A stretch of 64,000 nucleotides of DNA from positions 267,824-331,823 of the forward strand of contig JBKBRF010000002.1 of NCBI GenBank assembly GCA_046292385.1, written 5' to 3'. Below, in pieces: positions 38,322-48,376 of the stretch. Source of the DNA: Armatimonadota bacterium. GTDB lineage: Bacteria; Armatimonadota; SYMT01. Numbering within the stretch: position 1 is the stretch's first letter; each line of letters opens with the position of its first letter. Below the pieces are notes generated by a model. The model made no database searches. It was not told where the DNA came from and was given only the letters and a program-made list of their open reading frames with translations. Position numbers and translations under genes: made by a program.

Positions 38322-40063
38322 ATCCGGATCAACGGCATGAAGTAGCGCCAGTCGTGCGGCGGAATGCCGTGCTTCCACCAGGTGAAGCCGAGAAGCCGCG
38401 GCCGGGGCCGGAGCTCCTGGACCACCTCGTATCCCTCTTCCGCGAGCGCCGCTTCCAGCGCCAGGATCGGGTGCCGGAAGCCCGGCTCCGCGCGGCGGAT
38501 CCGCTCCGGGTCCTCGTACTCGAAGTCGGCCATCACCACGTAGTCCGGCCGGTACTGCCGCAGCTTCTCCGGGGAGAGCGGCCCTTCCGGCGGGACGGAG
38601 CCCGGCGCGAGCATCCGGAAGCTCTCGAGCTGCACCACGTCCGGCCGGCCCTGGGTACGGTCCCACTCCGGCGGGCCGCCGTAGCCGAGCGAGATCTTGA
38701 CGCTTCCGGTGGTCGGATGGACCGGCGGCGTGTAGTACCAGGGGTCGGCCGCGAGCGCGATCAGGTCGTCGCGCTCCGCGTGCTCCCGCAGCCACTCCGC
38801 CGCGCGATCGCGCGCATCCGGCGCCGCCATCACTCCCAGGTGAGCGATGCTGGACGCGAGGGCGGCCGCCGCCGCGATCCCGGCCCACGCGGCCCAAACC
38901 GGGGCCGGCCCGCGCCGCAGCCCCCGGTCGACCAGCGCCGCGGCGAGCAGCGCCAGGACCGGGACCAGCGGCGCCACGTACCGGACGAATTTGCGCTCGG
39001 CCGGGGCCAGGGCGAGGAAGAACGGGACCAGGAAGAGGAGCAGCAGCGCCTCCTCCGCGCGCCGGCGCCAGAGCGCCCAGGCGGTGCCGGCCAGCGCGAG
39101 CAGGTAGAGCGGCCATTCCAGCCCGACCGGCAGGGAGATTCCGAGGTGGTAGAGCGGGGCCGGCGGGGTAGCGCGGAAGACGAGGCCCTGCCCCTCCCGG
39201 TTGCGACCCAGCTCGTAGGTGAGGTCGCCCAGGAAGGTCTGCGTATCCAGGAGCACGCCGGGGGTGGAGACCACGAACGCGGCGGCCGCCGCCGCGGCGG
39301 CGCAAACCACAGACGCTCCGATCCACGGGAGCGAGCGGCCCTCTGCTCGGCGGAAGCTCCAGAGCGCCGGCAGAACCGCCAGGCCGGCCAGCACGCCGTT
39401 GTACTTCGTCCCGGCGGCCAGGCCCGCCACCGCGCCGGCCGCCGCGATCCAGAGCAGCTTCTTCCGCGGCAGCTCCGCTCGCAGCGCCAGCGCGGCGCAG
39501 AGCAGCGTGAGCGTGGTGAAGAAGGTGGTCGGCACGTCGACCGTCAGGTAGTGCCCCAGCACCACCAGGATCGGCGCCACCGCGGTGAAGCCCGCCGCCA
39601 GCCAGCCGGCGCGCGGCCCGTAGAGCACCCGCCCGAGCCCCCACACGAGCGCGACGGTCCCCACGCCGAAGAGCACGGTGATCCACCGGCCGAGCAGCAG
39701 CAGGCGGGAGAAGTCTTCCACCCACATCGGGAACGGCTGGTCGAGCCGCGGGACAGTACCCCAGCCGAGGAACGGCGAGAGCAGGTCGTATGCGAGCCGC
39801 GTCACCAGGATGGTGAGGGAGCCGTAGTTGTAGAAGCCGGGATCGGCCAGGCCGGGCGTGAAGTCGCCCCAGAGCGGGTTGGTGCCGGCGACCGCGTCGA
39901 GCAGCACCGCCTCATCCGGGTGGTAGGGATAGTAGCGGCCGGCATCGGGCAGCCCCCAGGTGAGCGCCCACGCCCGCAGCAGGAGCGACAGCAGCAGGAG
40001 CGCTCCCAGCCCGAGCCAGCGCCGCGCCCGGCCACCGTTCGCCCGCGCCTTCGGCTCGTCCAT
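38306..40063 (-). CDS. Membrane glycosyltransferase, GT39/ArnT-like
   Basis: YHPDE loop, multiple TM segments, HYLTVDVP and GTKYNG. Confidence 0.85.
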   Translation of the reverse strand: MDEPKARANGGRARRWLGLGALLLLSLLLRAWALTWGLPDAGRYYPYHPDEAVLLDAVAGTNPLWGDFTPGLADPGFYNYGSLTILVTRLAYDLLSPFLGWGTVPRLDQPFPMWVEDFSRLLLLGRWITVLFGVGTVALVWGLGRVLYGPRAGWLAAGFTAVAPILVVLGHYLTVDVPTTFFTTLTLLCAALALRAELPRKKLLWIAAAGAVAGLAAGTKYNGVLAGLAVLPALWSFRRAEGRSLPWIGASVVCAAAAAAAAFVVSTPGVLLDTQTFLGDLTYELGRNREGQGLVFRATPPAPLYHLGISLPVGLEWPLYLLALAGTAWALWRRRAEEALLLLFLVPFFLALAPAERKFVRYVAPLVPVLALLAAALVDRGLRRGPAPVWAAWAGIAAAAALASSIAHLGVMAAPDARDRAAEWLREHAERDDLIALAADPWYYTPPVHPTTGSVKISLGYGGPPEWDRTQGRPDVVQLESFRMLAPGSVPPEGPLSPEKLRQYRPDYVVMADFEYEDPERIRRAEPGFRHPILALEAALAEEGYEVVQELRPRPRLLGFTWWKHGIPPHDWRYFMPLIRIYGRR

Positions 40064-40066
40064 CGG

Positions 40067-40693
40067 TCAGGCGCCCTTCTCCGCGCGGACCCGGTCGCGC
40101 AGCTCCGTGATGCGCGCCATCACCTCCTGCGCCGCGGCCTGGTAGTCGTCCCGGTCCGGCCGCTTGCCCTCCGGAGTCTGGAACCGCAGGGGAGCGCCGT
40201 ACGCCACCCGGACCGGCACCATGCGGATCCCGCCGGACCGCGGCAGGGCGTGGTGGGTGTTGTCGACGTAGACCGGCACCACCGGCGCGCCAGAGCGGTA
40301 CGCGATCATGCCGATGCCCATCTCCGGCGGCTGCAGCTCACCGTCCGGGCTGCGGGTCCCCTCCGGAAAGATCAGCAGCGACTCCCCGGCGGCAAGCGCG
40401 CCGAAGGCATGCTTCAGCGCGCCCCGGTCTCCCGCGCCGCGCTTCACGGGGAAGGCTCCCAGCCTGCGGATGTACCAGGCGAAGAGTGCGTTGCGGAACA
40501 GCTCTTCCTTGGCCATCACCACGGTCCGGCGCCAGACGCCGACCGCCACCACCGGCGGATCGAGCATGCTGGTGTGGTTGGAGGCGAGGATCACCGGGCC
40601 GGTGGCGGGGACGTGCTCCGCTCCTTCCACGCGGTAGCGGAAGAGCAGCATGAAGAGGCCCCGCAGCAGCAGCCAGGTGATCCGGTGGATCAT
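40067..40693 (-). CDS. plsC: 1-acyl-sn-glycerol-3-phosphate acyltransferase
   Basis: SNHTSMLDP and IFPEGTRS. Confidence 0.93.
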   Translation of the reverse strand: MIHRITWLLLRGLFMLLFRYRVEGAEHVPATGPVILASNHTSMLDPPVVAVGVWRRTVVMAKEELFRNALFAWYIRRLGAFPVKRGAGDRGALKHAFGALAAGESLLIFPEGTRSPDGELQPPEMGIGMIAYRSGAPVVPVYVDNTHHALPRSGGIRMVPVRVAYGAPLRFQTPEGKRPDRDDYQAAAQEVMARITELRDRVRAEKGA

Positions 40694-41370
40694 TCCCGCT
40701 CCCGCTTCCGGACCAGCTCCTCGAGGCAGTCGACGACCTGCTCGATCGTCAGGCCGTCGGTCACCACCTCCACGGCGTCGTCCGCCTTCCGCAGCGGCGA
40801 GTGCTCCCGCTCCATGTCGCGGCGGTCCCGCTCCCGCACCTCGCAGAGCACCTCGGCCTCGTTCGCGGCGGCGCCCTTCGCCGTCAGCTCCAGGCAGCGG
40901 CGCCGCGCCCGCTCCTCTTCCGTGGCGGTGAGGTAGATCTTGACCCGCGCGTGCGGGAAGACGACGGTCCCGATGTCCCGCCCCTCCATCACCACACCGC
41001 CCGCCTCGCCCATCCGCCGCTGATGCGCCACCAGCGCCGCGCGGACCCCCGGCCAGACGCTCACCTGCGAGGAGCCGCGGCTCACCTCCGGCGTGCGGAT
41101 CGCCTCGGAGACATCCTCGCCCTCCACGAAGAGGCGCGCGCTCTCGCCGTCCGGCCGGAACTCGAAGCGCAGCGACTCCGCGAGTCGCGTCAGCCCCTCC
41201 GGATCGTCGAACGGAACGCCGCGGCGCTGCGCGAAGAGGGCGACCGCGCGGTACATCGCGCCGGTGTCGATGAAGACGTAGTCGAGCCGCCGCGCGAGCC
41301 GCCGGGTAATGGTGCTCTTACCGGCGCCCGCCGGCCCGTCGATGGCGACAATCGGTCGAGGAGAGGACAT
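40690..41370 (-). CDS. cmk: Cytidylate kinase
   Basis: IDGPAGAGKST, DTGAMYR and EGRDIGTVVFP. Confidence 0.97.
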   Translation of the reverse strand: MSSPRPIVAIDGPAGAGKSTITRRLARRLDYVFIDTGAMYRAVALFAQRRGVPFDDPEGLTRLAESLRFEFRPDGESARLFVEGEDVSEAIRTPEVSRGSSQVSVWPGVRAALVAHQRRMGEAGGVVMEGRDIGTVVFPHARVKIYLTATEEERARRRCLELTAKGAAANEAEVLCEVRERDRRDMEREHSPLRKADDAVEVVTDGLTIEQVVDCLEELVRKRERE

Positions 41371-41569
41371 GCAGTACTGGTGAGCCGCTACTTCTAATGA
41401 GTCGGTGTGCGGCGGTTAACAGGTTCGCAGGTTGCAAGTTCCAGGTTCCGAACCGCGCCGGCCGCGGGGCCAACCTGAAACCTGCCAAGTTGCTAACCTG
41501 CAACAGTCTGAAACCGCAGGCGCTGTTAGATTACCTCTCCCGGCGTGGGAAGAGGTAGTGCCGAAGAGG

Positions 41570-42058
41570 CTACGCGCCGGAGGGACGCTCGCGTTCCGAG
41601 GGGAGCCGGCAGGCGGCGGCCCGGGTGGGGCCCAGCTCCGCTCCCAGGGCGGCGAGCTCGGCGGGCGGGAGGGTCGCCTCCACGTAGGGGAACAGCACCC
41701 GCTCTTCGAAGCGGATGTGGTCGTCCAGCGCCTGCCCGATCTCCGCCGCGAGGAGGCGGCACGCCTCGCCCTTGGCGGCGGCGAGGGCCCGCACCGCCCG
41801 CCGCAGCGCCACGTGCTCCACCAGCGTCCGCACGATCAGCGGATCGTCCGCGGGCACGAACCGCGCCAGCTCCGGCAGGAGCAGCTCCTCTTCCGCGCGG
41901 AAGTGCGGCTCCAGCTCCGTCTCCCACGCGGCGAGGAGGTCGGAGACGGCGCGCTGCAGCGGGCGCTCTCCGCGGGCAGCGCGGCGGAGGGCGCGGGCGA
42001 GCACCAGTCCCCGGTTATGATCGTGGGAGAGCCCGTGCAGCTCCGGGGCGCGCTTCAC
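41570..42058 (-). CDS. Hemerythrin-domain protein
   Basis: GTG start overlapping the upstream TGA; LSHDH, HFRAEE, EH and HIRFEERVLFP. Confidence 0.85.
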   Translation of the reverse strand: MKRAPELHGLSHDHNRGLVLARALRRAARGERPLQRAVSDLLAAWETELEPHFRAEEELLLPELARFVPADDPLIVRTLVEHVALRRAVRALAAAKGEACRLLAAEIGQALDDHIRFEERVLFPYVEATLPPAELAALGAELGPTRAAACRLPSERERPSGA

Positions 42059-42672
42059 CGATCGTCGTCCCGGGGCGCAAAGCGGGTGGGGTCGGTCCAG
42101 GGCCGGGAATGGAGCTTTGCGACGATCTCCCGCTGCTCGCTCCAATCGATGCCCCGGCGCGCCGCCATCTCCGCGCCGACCTCCTGGAGCACCTCCGCGG
42201 CGACGGTCCGCTCGGCGAGCGGGAACAGCTCCTCGTCTTCCCGGCGGATATGGCCCCCGTAGATCGCCTGCAGCCGGTCCGCGAGCTCACCCAGCCGCTC
42301 CCGCTCCGCGGCGTTGGCGCAGCGGCCGGTCTCCACCAGCCGCCGGCCGATCCGGTCGAGCTCGTGGTGCAGCGTCTCCAGGGCGGCGTGCTCTTCCGCG
42401 ATGGTCGCGACTGCCTCGCCCGCCAGCTCACTCCGGAGGCGTGGGAAGAGCGACTCGTCCTCGTCCGCGGAATGGCGCGGGACACCGATCGCGAAGTAGT
42501 CGAGCACCTGCCGCAGGGCGGTCCGCGCCGGCTCGGGAAGCTCGCCTTCCCGCTCCAGCTCCACCACCCGCCCCAGGCGCGTCAGCGCCGCCTCGATTCG
42601 CCGGTGGCAGGCGCGCAGCATCCCGAGCGGGTCATCGAAGGTCGGCGCGGTCTGGAAGGGATCGTTCAACAT
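42055..42672 (-). CDS. Hemerythrin-domain protein
   Basis: MLRACHRRIE, HSADEDESLFP, EEH and HIRREDEELFP. Confidence 0.88.
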   Translation of the reverse strand: MLNDPFQTAPTFDDPLGMLRACHRRIEAALTRLGRVVELEREGELPEPARTALRQVLDYFAIGVPRHSADEDESLFPRLRSELAGEAVATIAEEHAALETLHHELDRIGRRLVETGRCANAAERERLGELADRLQAIYGGHIRREDEELFPLAERTVAAEVLQEVGAEMAARRGIDWSEQREIVAKLHSRPWTDPTRFAPRDDDR

Positions 42673-42929
42673 CGACTTTAGAGTTCGGAGTGCAGAGGAC
42701 CGGACCCGAGCTGTTACCGCTAGTGTGAGGCCTGATTCGGGCGTAGACGGTTTCCGCTTACGGGGCCTCACCCTCGGTCCCTCTCCTGAGAGGCGAGGGA
42801 AGCTACCGGTGTTAGGCGGCGCGTGATTCCGAACCAGAGAAAGAGAAGGAGAAGGAGAAAGAGTAGGAGGCTGGGTTCGGTTGGCTGCCCATCCCCACTA
42901 TCTCCGGTTCCCCATCCCCCCATCCCCTT

Positions 42930-43511
42930 TTACTCGTTCGGAGCCTTGACGGGAAACTCGAAGCTGATTGCCGCGAGGCTCTTCTCTCCGTTCGGAGCCC
43001 AGTGGCAGGCGAAGCAGCCGCCGCCGAGGGAGACCGGTTTCGCGATGCGGAGGCGGTCGCCTTCCCGGCGCTCCAGATCCTCCGCCCCCATCTTGATGAC
43101 CTTAATCGCTTCCTTCTCGAAGGCATCCTGCGGCTGGTGGTCCGGGTTCATCACGATCGCGTTCACCGCCAGGAAGCGGGTGGTCGGCCAGCCTTTGCGG
43201 TTCATCTCCTGCTGCACGTCGCGCACGACTTTCGCGGCGACCACCGGCTGCCCCGTGCGGTTGGGGTACCAGTCGTGGATCTCCTGCAGGAAGAGCTGGT
43301 AGGCGTCGTCGAGCATGGCGGCCGCCACGCGCGCCTCTTCCTCCGTCATCTTCGGGGCCGGAACGGGCTTCTTTGCGGCGGGCTTCGGAGCGGGCTTTCT
43401 GGCCGGCTTGGGTGCGGGCTTCCGGGCCGGCTTCTTCGGAGCCGCAATGGCGAGGCTGCCTCCGGCGAGCAGCGCCAGGGTGCAGACGGCAAGCATGGGG
43501 CGGGAGATCAT
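42930..43511 (-). CDS. Exported monoheme protein, DUF3365/Tll0287-like
   Basis: Signal peptide, KPA linker, NPDHQPQDAFEKEAI and CFACH. Confidence 0.8.
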   Translation of the reverse strand: MISRPMLAVCTLALLAGGSLAIAAPKKPARKPAPKPARKPAPKPAAKKPVPAPKMTEEEARVAAAMLDDAYQLFLQEIHDWYPNRTGQPVVAAKVVRDVQQEMNRKGWPTTRFLAVNAIVMNPDHQPQDAFEKEAIKVIKMGAEDLERREGDRLRIAKPVSLGGGCFACHWAPNGEKSLAAISFEFPVKAPNE

Positions 43512-44848
43512 GACGCGTCTTCCTCCGCAGTGGCGGGCCGCGCAGCCGCGAAGCCCGGTTTCGTCTCGAGCAAAATCTCCCGGATCGCCTGGCGGTCGGC
43601 GTCGGTCAGGCGGGCGAACTCCTCCGACTGGTCCCGGCCGTCCAGCACCTCCCAGAGGCGGCGATAGACATAGTCCCGCGCCTGCGGCGGAAGCTGATCG
43701 AACGCCTCGGAGTAGATGAGCGGGCTGCAGGGGTAGCGCAGCAGCCGGGTGCGGAGGTCGAGCTGTCGGAGCGAGCGGCCCTTCGCGTCCCGCGGCCCCT
43801 TGGCGGAGTACTCTTCCGTGAAGCCGCTGGTGCCGACGATCGGGCCCTTCAGCGGCGCTTCTTCCGTAAAGAGCAGCCCCTTCACCAGCGGCTCGCAGCC
43901 GCTCTTGATGCGGCTCAGCGTGCTCTCCGAGTGGCCTTCCTGCTTGCGGCCGAGCTCCTTATTCAGGAGCTGCTCGAAGTGGAGCGCCTTCCGCGTCTCG
44001 TAGCCGGCGCGGGTGATCAGGTTGTGCAGGTCCGCCTGGTGCTGCAGCATCATCAGCGCCACGAGGTCGCTGTGTGGCGTCGGATACGGCGAAGGGTCGA
44101 AGAAGCGGCGGAGGTCCTTGATGTTGGCGCCGCGGGAGCGGTCCATGTTCTGCGCCGCCTCCGCGTTCCCCACCATCTGGTTGCCCATGTGCCGCATCTC
44201 GCCGTGGGTGCCGGTGACGTACCAGCCGCCCCAGCGCTCCTCCATCGGGCTCGCGTCACGCGTGATGAAGGTGCCGGCGTTGAAGATCGGCTGGCCGTCC
44301 CGCGCGGGATAGACGGAGCGGACCGTGTGCCCCGGCACGCTGCGGGTAAGGGAGGAGCTGTGGCAGGAGAGACACTCGTGCGTCTGCCGCACGAACTTCG
44401 GCTTGGCGGCGGGGGTCTGGTCCAGCACGTAGAAGACCGCGCCGAGCTGCGGGTCGGTGGTGGAGATCTCCAGCACGTCGCCGCCCTGCACGTACCCGAT
44501 GTAGGTGTGGTCGTTGAAGTAGAGCGCGCGCGGCCGCAGCGGCGAGATGCGGTCGCGCTGGAAGCTGGTCTTGGCAAAGACGAGGGTCTGCGACGAGACG
44601 GGAATGCCGAGCGCCTTGAGCACCGGGTCGAGGTAGCCGCGCCGGAGATCGCGCCGGAGGGAGACCTCCCCGCGGTCGATCTTCGCCTGCAGCTTGGCAA
44701 TCGGGTCGGTGGGAGTGGAGGCTGAATAGCGGATCGGCTCTTCTTCGAAGTCGTCCCCCGGGAGCGCCAGCGCGGCACCGACCAGCGGCACTGCCAGCGC
44801 GAGCGCCGCCCAGACGGTCCGGCGCGAGCGAGCTCGTGATCCTCTCAT
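43508..44848 (-). CDS. Exported CxxCH-containing protein of unknown function
   Basis: Signal peptide; ECLSCH; ERWGGWYVTG; ATGA overlap with the next gene. Confidence 0.8.
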   Translation of the reverse strand: MRGSRARSRRTVWAALALAVPLVGAALALPGDDFEEEPIRYSASTPTDPIAKLQAKIDRGEVSLRRDLRRGYLDPVLKALGIPVSSQTLVFAKTSFQRDRISPLRPRALYFNDHTYIGYVQGGDVLEISTTDPQLGAVFYVLDQTPAAKPKFVRQTHECLSCHSSSLTRSVPGHTVRSVYPARDGQPIFNAGTFITRDASPMEERWGGWYVTGTHGEMRHMGNQMVGNAEAAQNMDRSRGANIKDLRRFFDPSPYPTPHSDLVALMMLQHQADLHNLITRAGYETRKALHFEQLLNKELGRKQEGHSESTLSRIKSGCEPLVKGLLFTEEAPLKGPIVGTSGFTEEYSAKGPRDAKGRSLRQLDLRTRLLRYPCSPLIYSEAFDQLPPQARDYVYRRLWEVLDGRDQSEEFARLTDADRQAIREILLETKPGFAAARPATAEEDAS

Positions 44849-45054
44849 TCCCCCATCCTCTTTTTAAATTGGTAGACCTCGTACCTATTTACTAGGATAC
44901 CCGCCGCGTCCACCGGTGGCCTGAGAATTTCCCGGACCGCTGCTCAGTACCCCAGCAACAAGCGCCGCGGCGCAGGGAGAGCAGCCGAGCACGCCCGTGC
45001 CAGGACCGTTTGAAATCCCGCAGATCTTGCCATGCTCCACCAGGGGGAGAGAGG

Positions 45055-45891
45055 ATGGCGGAGAGAAAGGATTTGCATCGAGAAGACAGGCCGAGCCGCG
45101 GCCCTCGCTGGCTGAACACGGGATTCTACGTCCCGGCGTGGCTCCTGGTTCTCGCGCTCGTGCTCGTTCCGGCGGTGGTGGCGATTGGGATCAGCCGGAG
45201 CCTGATCCGAGTCGCGGCGGAGCCGACCGCCCGCCGGCCGGCGGCAGCGCCCGCGCCGGAGCCCGCGCCGCTGCCGGTGGTCCGGATCCGCACCCCGGAG
45301 CCGGAAAAGAAGCCCGCAGCCGCCCCGGTGCGCGAGCAGGAGACAGCGAAAGCCGCTCCCGAGGCGCCGCGGCGGGTGGCGAGACCGGCCGTAAAGCCGG
45401 CGCCGAAGCCGGTCGCCCGTCGAGAAGAGCCGAAGCGGGAGACCCGCCCCCGGCGCACCGCCCGCACCGAGTCCCGTGACGAGTCCCGCGAGGAGGCGCC
45501 GCGCCGGACCGCGCAGGCGGCCGCCCCGAAGCGGGAGACCGTCACGCGCCGGCCGGAGCAACCTTCGCCGAAGCCGAGCGGCAGCGCCGTCGCGCTGAAC
45601 GGACGCGCCTACCGGCTGCAGAAGCAAGGGCGCCACCGGGAGGCGGAGCGTCTGCTGCGCCAGGCTCTGGAGGCAAAGCCGAACTACCCGTATGCGGAGT
45701 ACAACCTCGGCTGGAGCCTCGTGGAACAGGGCCGCGCGAAAGAGGCGATCGAGCCGCTCCGCAGCACCGCCGCCAAGCAGCCGAACCGGCCGGAGCCGCA
45801 CCTGCGGCTGGCGGAGGCGTACGAGAAGCTGGGGAACGAGAAGAAGGCGGCGGAGCACCGCGCCAAGGCGCGGCAGCTCTCGAGGCGGTAG
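45055..45891 (+). CDS. Single-TM protein with Pro/Ala/Arg linker and C-terminal TPR domain
   Basis: WLLVLALVLVPAVVAIGI TM; PNYPYAEYNLGWSL and PEPHLRLAEAY. Confidence 0.85.
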   Translation: MAERKDLHREDRPSRGPRWLNTGFYVPAWLLVLALVLVPAVVAIGISRSLIRVAAEPTARRPAAAPAPEPAPLPVVRIRTPEPEKKPAAAPVREQETAKAAPEAPRRVARPAVKPAPKPVARREEPKRETRPRRTARTESRDESREEAPRRTAQAAAPKRETVTRRPEQPSPKPSGSAVALNGRAYRLQKQGRHREAERLLRQALEAKPNYPYAEYNLGWSLVEQGRAKEAIEPLRSTAAKQPNRPEPHLRLAEAYEKLGNEKKAAEHRAKARQLSRR

Positions 45892-46263
45892 GGCGCCACG
45901 CTCTCGTGACTACAGCCCATCGTATGTTTGACGGAATGCCGCGTCAGAACCGCGGACCCGACCCCGCGCCCTCGTTCCGGGATTCAGCCCTCCCGCGACG
46001 AAGGCCCTCCGCTGGCCCTCCCACGCCCTTCGGGCTAACGGGCCGCTCCGGGAGTGCGCATCGGCGCGCCCATCCCGCGCCACCACAGTGATCTCCCCAC
46101 CGGCTCGGTTCACGGGCTGAATCCCGGCCCTTCGAGCGAACCCCCCTGCGCCCAGGGGGGTTCACAAGTGTCGCCTTCCGGCTCAGCCTCCGGCTGTGCC
46201 TCCAGGCGCCTCGGCTGCGGCCTGGCATCCTGGCGAGTCGCTCCTCGCGTAACGGAAGAAGTC

Positions 46264-47040
46264 TTACTCGGTGGCCTGCACCAGCTCCAGCCGGTTCATT
46301 GCCGGATAGGAATCGTCGGAGAGCAGCTCCCGGCGGGACTCGCCGCCCTCGTCCACCCGCACGCGGTAGGTCACCACGCGGCAGCCGCGCTTGCCGGGAT
46401 TCCGCACCCGCCGCGCTGGAAGGCCTGGCCGCCACGGCTGCTGCACCCGTGCCGGCTCCGCGACCGATTCGACTCGCTGCCGGATCTCCCAGCGCGCGGC
46501 CGGCTTCCGGGCGCCGACGACCCGGAACTCGACGAGCTGCCCCCGCACCTCCGCCTCCAGGCGCACCGGCCAGGGGTAGTCGTTCCGGAGCTTGAGGTCG
46601 ATGTTCCGGTACGCCACCGCCGCGTCCCGCCCCGGCGCGATGTAGCGCGGCAGCCAGCGGTGCCGGTGCCGCTCCACGGGGGTGAGACCCGCCAGCAGTC
46701 CGGCGTTGTAGAGCGTGCTGGAGGCCTGGCAGACCCCGCCGCCCCAGCTCGGCACCAGCTCCCCGTCGTAGCTGACCGGCGCGATCTTGAACCCGGAGGC
46801 GCTGGACCACGACCCGACCGACTGGTTGAACGAGAAGACCTCCCCGGTCTTGAGCCAGCGGCCGTGAATCGACCGCGCCGCCAAGGCCACGTTGTGACCC
46901 TGGTTCGGCGTCCGCCCCCGCAGGCTGGTCACGAACCGCGCCAGCACCACCTCCCGCTTCCGCGGCACCGCCGCCCACCCGACGAGGCCGAGCAGCGAGA
47001 GGGCGGCGATGGAGAGGAAGAGGCGGTCGAGACGAGTCAT
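46264..47040 (-). CDS. VanW family protein with G5-like C-terminus
   Basis: GEVFSFNQSVG, GGGVCQASSTLYNA, PGRDAAV and DLKLRN. Confidence 0.9.
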   Translation of the reverse strand: MTRLDRLFLSIAALSLLGLVGWAAVPRKREVVLARFVTSLRGRTPNQGHNVALAARSIHGRWLKTGEVFSFNQSVGSWSSASGFKIAPVSYDGELVPSWGGGVCQASSTLYNAGLLAGLTPVERHRHRWLPRYIAPGRDAAVAYRNIDLKLRNDYPWPVRLEAEVRGQLVEFRVVGARKPAARWEIRQRVESVAEPARVQQPWRPGLPARRVRNPGKRGCRVVTYRVRVDEGGESRRELLSDDSYPAMNRLELVQATE

Positions 47041-47229
47041 TTCGGGGAGGGGTCTAGGGTTTAGGGGATAGGGTGTAGGCAGTCGCTGAGTTGGTGCCGC
47101 TTGTGCGGACTGGAGTTCGTCGGCGGTTGGCGGCGAAGCGCAGGGAGCTCGGTTCGCAGCGGCCAATGATTGAAGTGTAGCGGAGTTTACGGGATCGCTC
47201 CTACTTCTCTCTGGCCTGGTGGAGCTCAC

Positions 47230-48183
47230 ATGGATTCCGATTTCTTGATCCCTTCTGACGAGGACCGGATCGGTGATCTGGTCCGCCGAGCCGATCGGTT
47301 GAATTCCCGCGGCAGCGGCGCGGAGGCGATCGCACTGCTGGGCGAGGCCTGGAGCCTGCTGTCGGAGCCGAAAACCGCGCAGCACGCGGCGATCTCGATC
47401 GCGGGGGCGCTGGGCGACCTCCTCTGCGAGAGCGAGCGCTACCAGGAAGGCGCCGCCTGGATGGAGACGGCCCTGCGGTGCCCCGGCGGGTCGGAGAACG
47501 CGATGGTGCATCTCCGGTTGGGCCAGGCGCTCTTTCAACTCGGCCGCCACGATGAGGGAGTCGACGAGCTGGTGAAGGCCCACGAGCTGGGCGGAAGAAA
47601 GGTGTTCCGGTCGGTACCCCCGGCGTACGGGATTCTCTTGAACCAACGGCTCCGCGGGACCGACCTTAGCGACCTCCTGCCGGAGGAGTTCCGCTATACG
47701 CCCCGCGCCGGCGCCGCGCCTCCGAACCCTACCCCCGCTCCTGCCGCGCCCACGGAGGGAAGGGAGCTACCAGACGCGATCCACGCCGAGATCGAGCGCC
47801 TCTCCGAGAGGGGCAACGCGGAGATGGACGAGGAGCGTTTCTCGGAGGCGTACGGGCTGTTCGCACAGGCGTGGCAGCTCCTGCCGGAGCCGAAGCTGGA
47901 GTGGGAAGCGGCAGTCTGGCTCCAGGCGTCGCTGGGTGACGCGACCTTCTTCCTGGAGCGCTATGCGGACGCGCTCTACCACATGGACCAGGCCCTCCTG
48001 GGCGAGGCGCTGGATAACCCGTTCATCCATCTCCGGCGAGGCCAGGCGCTCTTCGAGCTGGGTGACCGGACCCGCGCGCTCGATGCGCTGATGCGCGCCT
48101 GGATGCTCGATCCGGAGATCTTCGAGGATGAAGACCCGAAGTATCTCCGCGCCCTCCGTGCCGTAGCCAGGCTGGATCAGTAG
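47230..48183 (+). CDS. Protein with two tandem copies of a ~140-aa TPR-like domain
   Basis: AWSLLSEPK...HLRLGQALFQLG and AWQLLPEPK...HLRRGQALFELG. Confidence 0.85.
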   Translation: MDSDFLIPSDEDRIGDLVRRADRLNSRGSGAEAIALLGEAWSLLSEPKTAQHAAISIAGALGDLLCESERYQEGAAWMETALRCPGGSENAMVHLRLGQALFQLGRHDEGVDELVKAHELGGRKVFRSVPPAYGILLNQRLRGTDLSDLLPEEFRYTPRAGAAPPNPTPAPAAPTEGRELPDAIHAEIERLSERGNAEMDEERFSEAYGLFAQAWQLLPEPKLEWEAAVWLQASLGDATFFLERYADALYHMDQALLGEALDNPFIHLRRGQALFELGDRTRALDALMRAWMLDPEIFEDEDPKYLRALRAVARLDQ

Positions 48184-48280
48184 CGCCCGGCGGACCCCAC
48201 TGGCGAGATCCTGTTGGCGGAATCAGCGGGGCAGGAGGATGACCGGCGGCCGAGCCCTCCGGCGAGATTCCCCTGCCGGG

Positions 48281-48376
48281 GAAGCGGTGGCGAGCCACCG
48301 CACTCCACAGACTGCACCGAGTCCGTCTCCCTTTCGGCGAGAGGGAATCCTCACCGAGCGGGCTTGTGGAGTGCGA
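48281..48376. repeat. REP-like palindrome with partial inverted partner
   Basis: gcggtggc-ga-gccaccgc-actccaca at 48284-48309; inverted tgtggagtgcg at 48366-48376. Confidence 0.6.
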
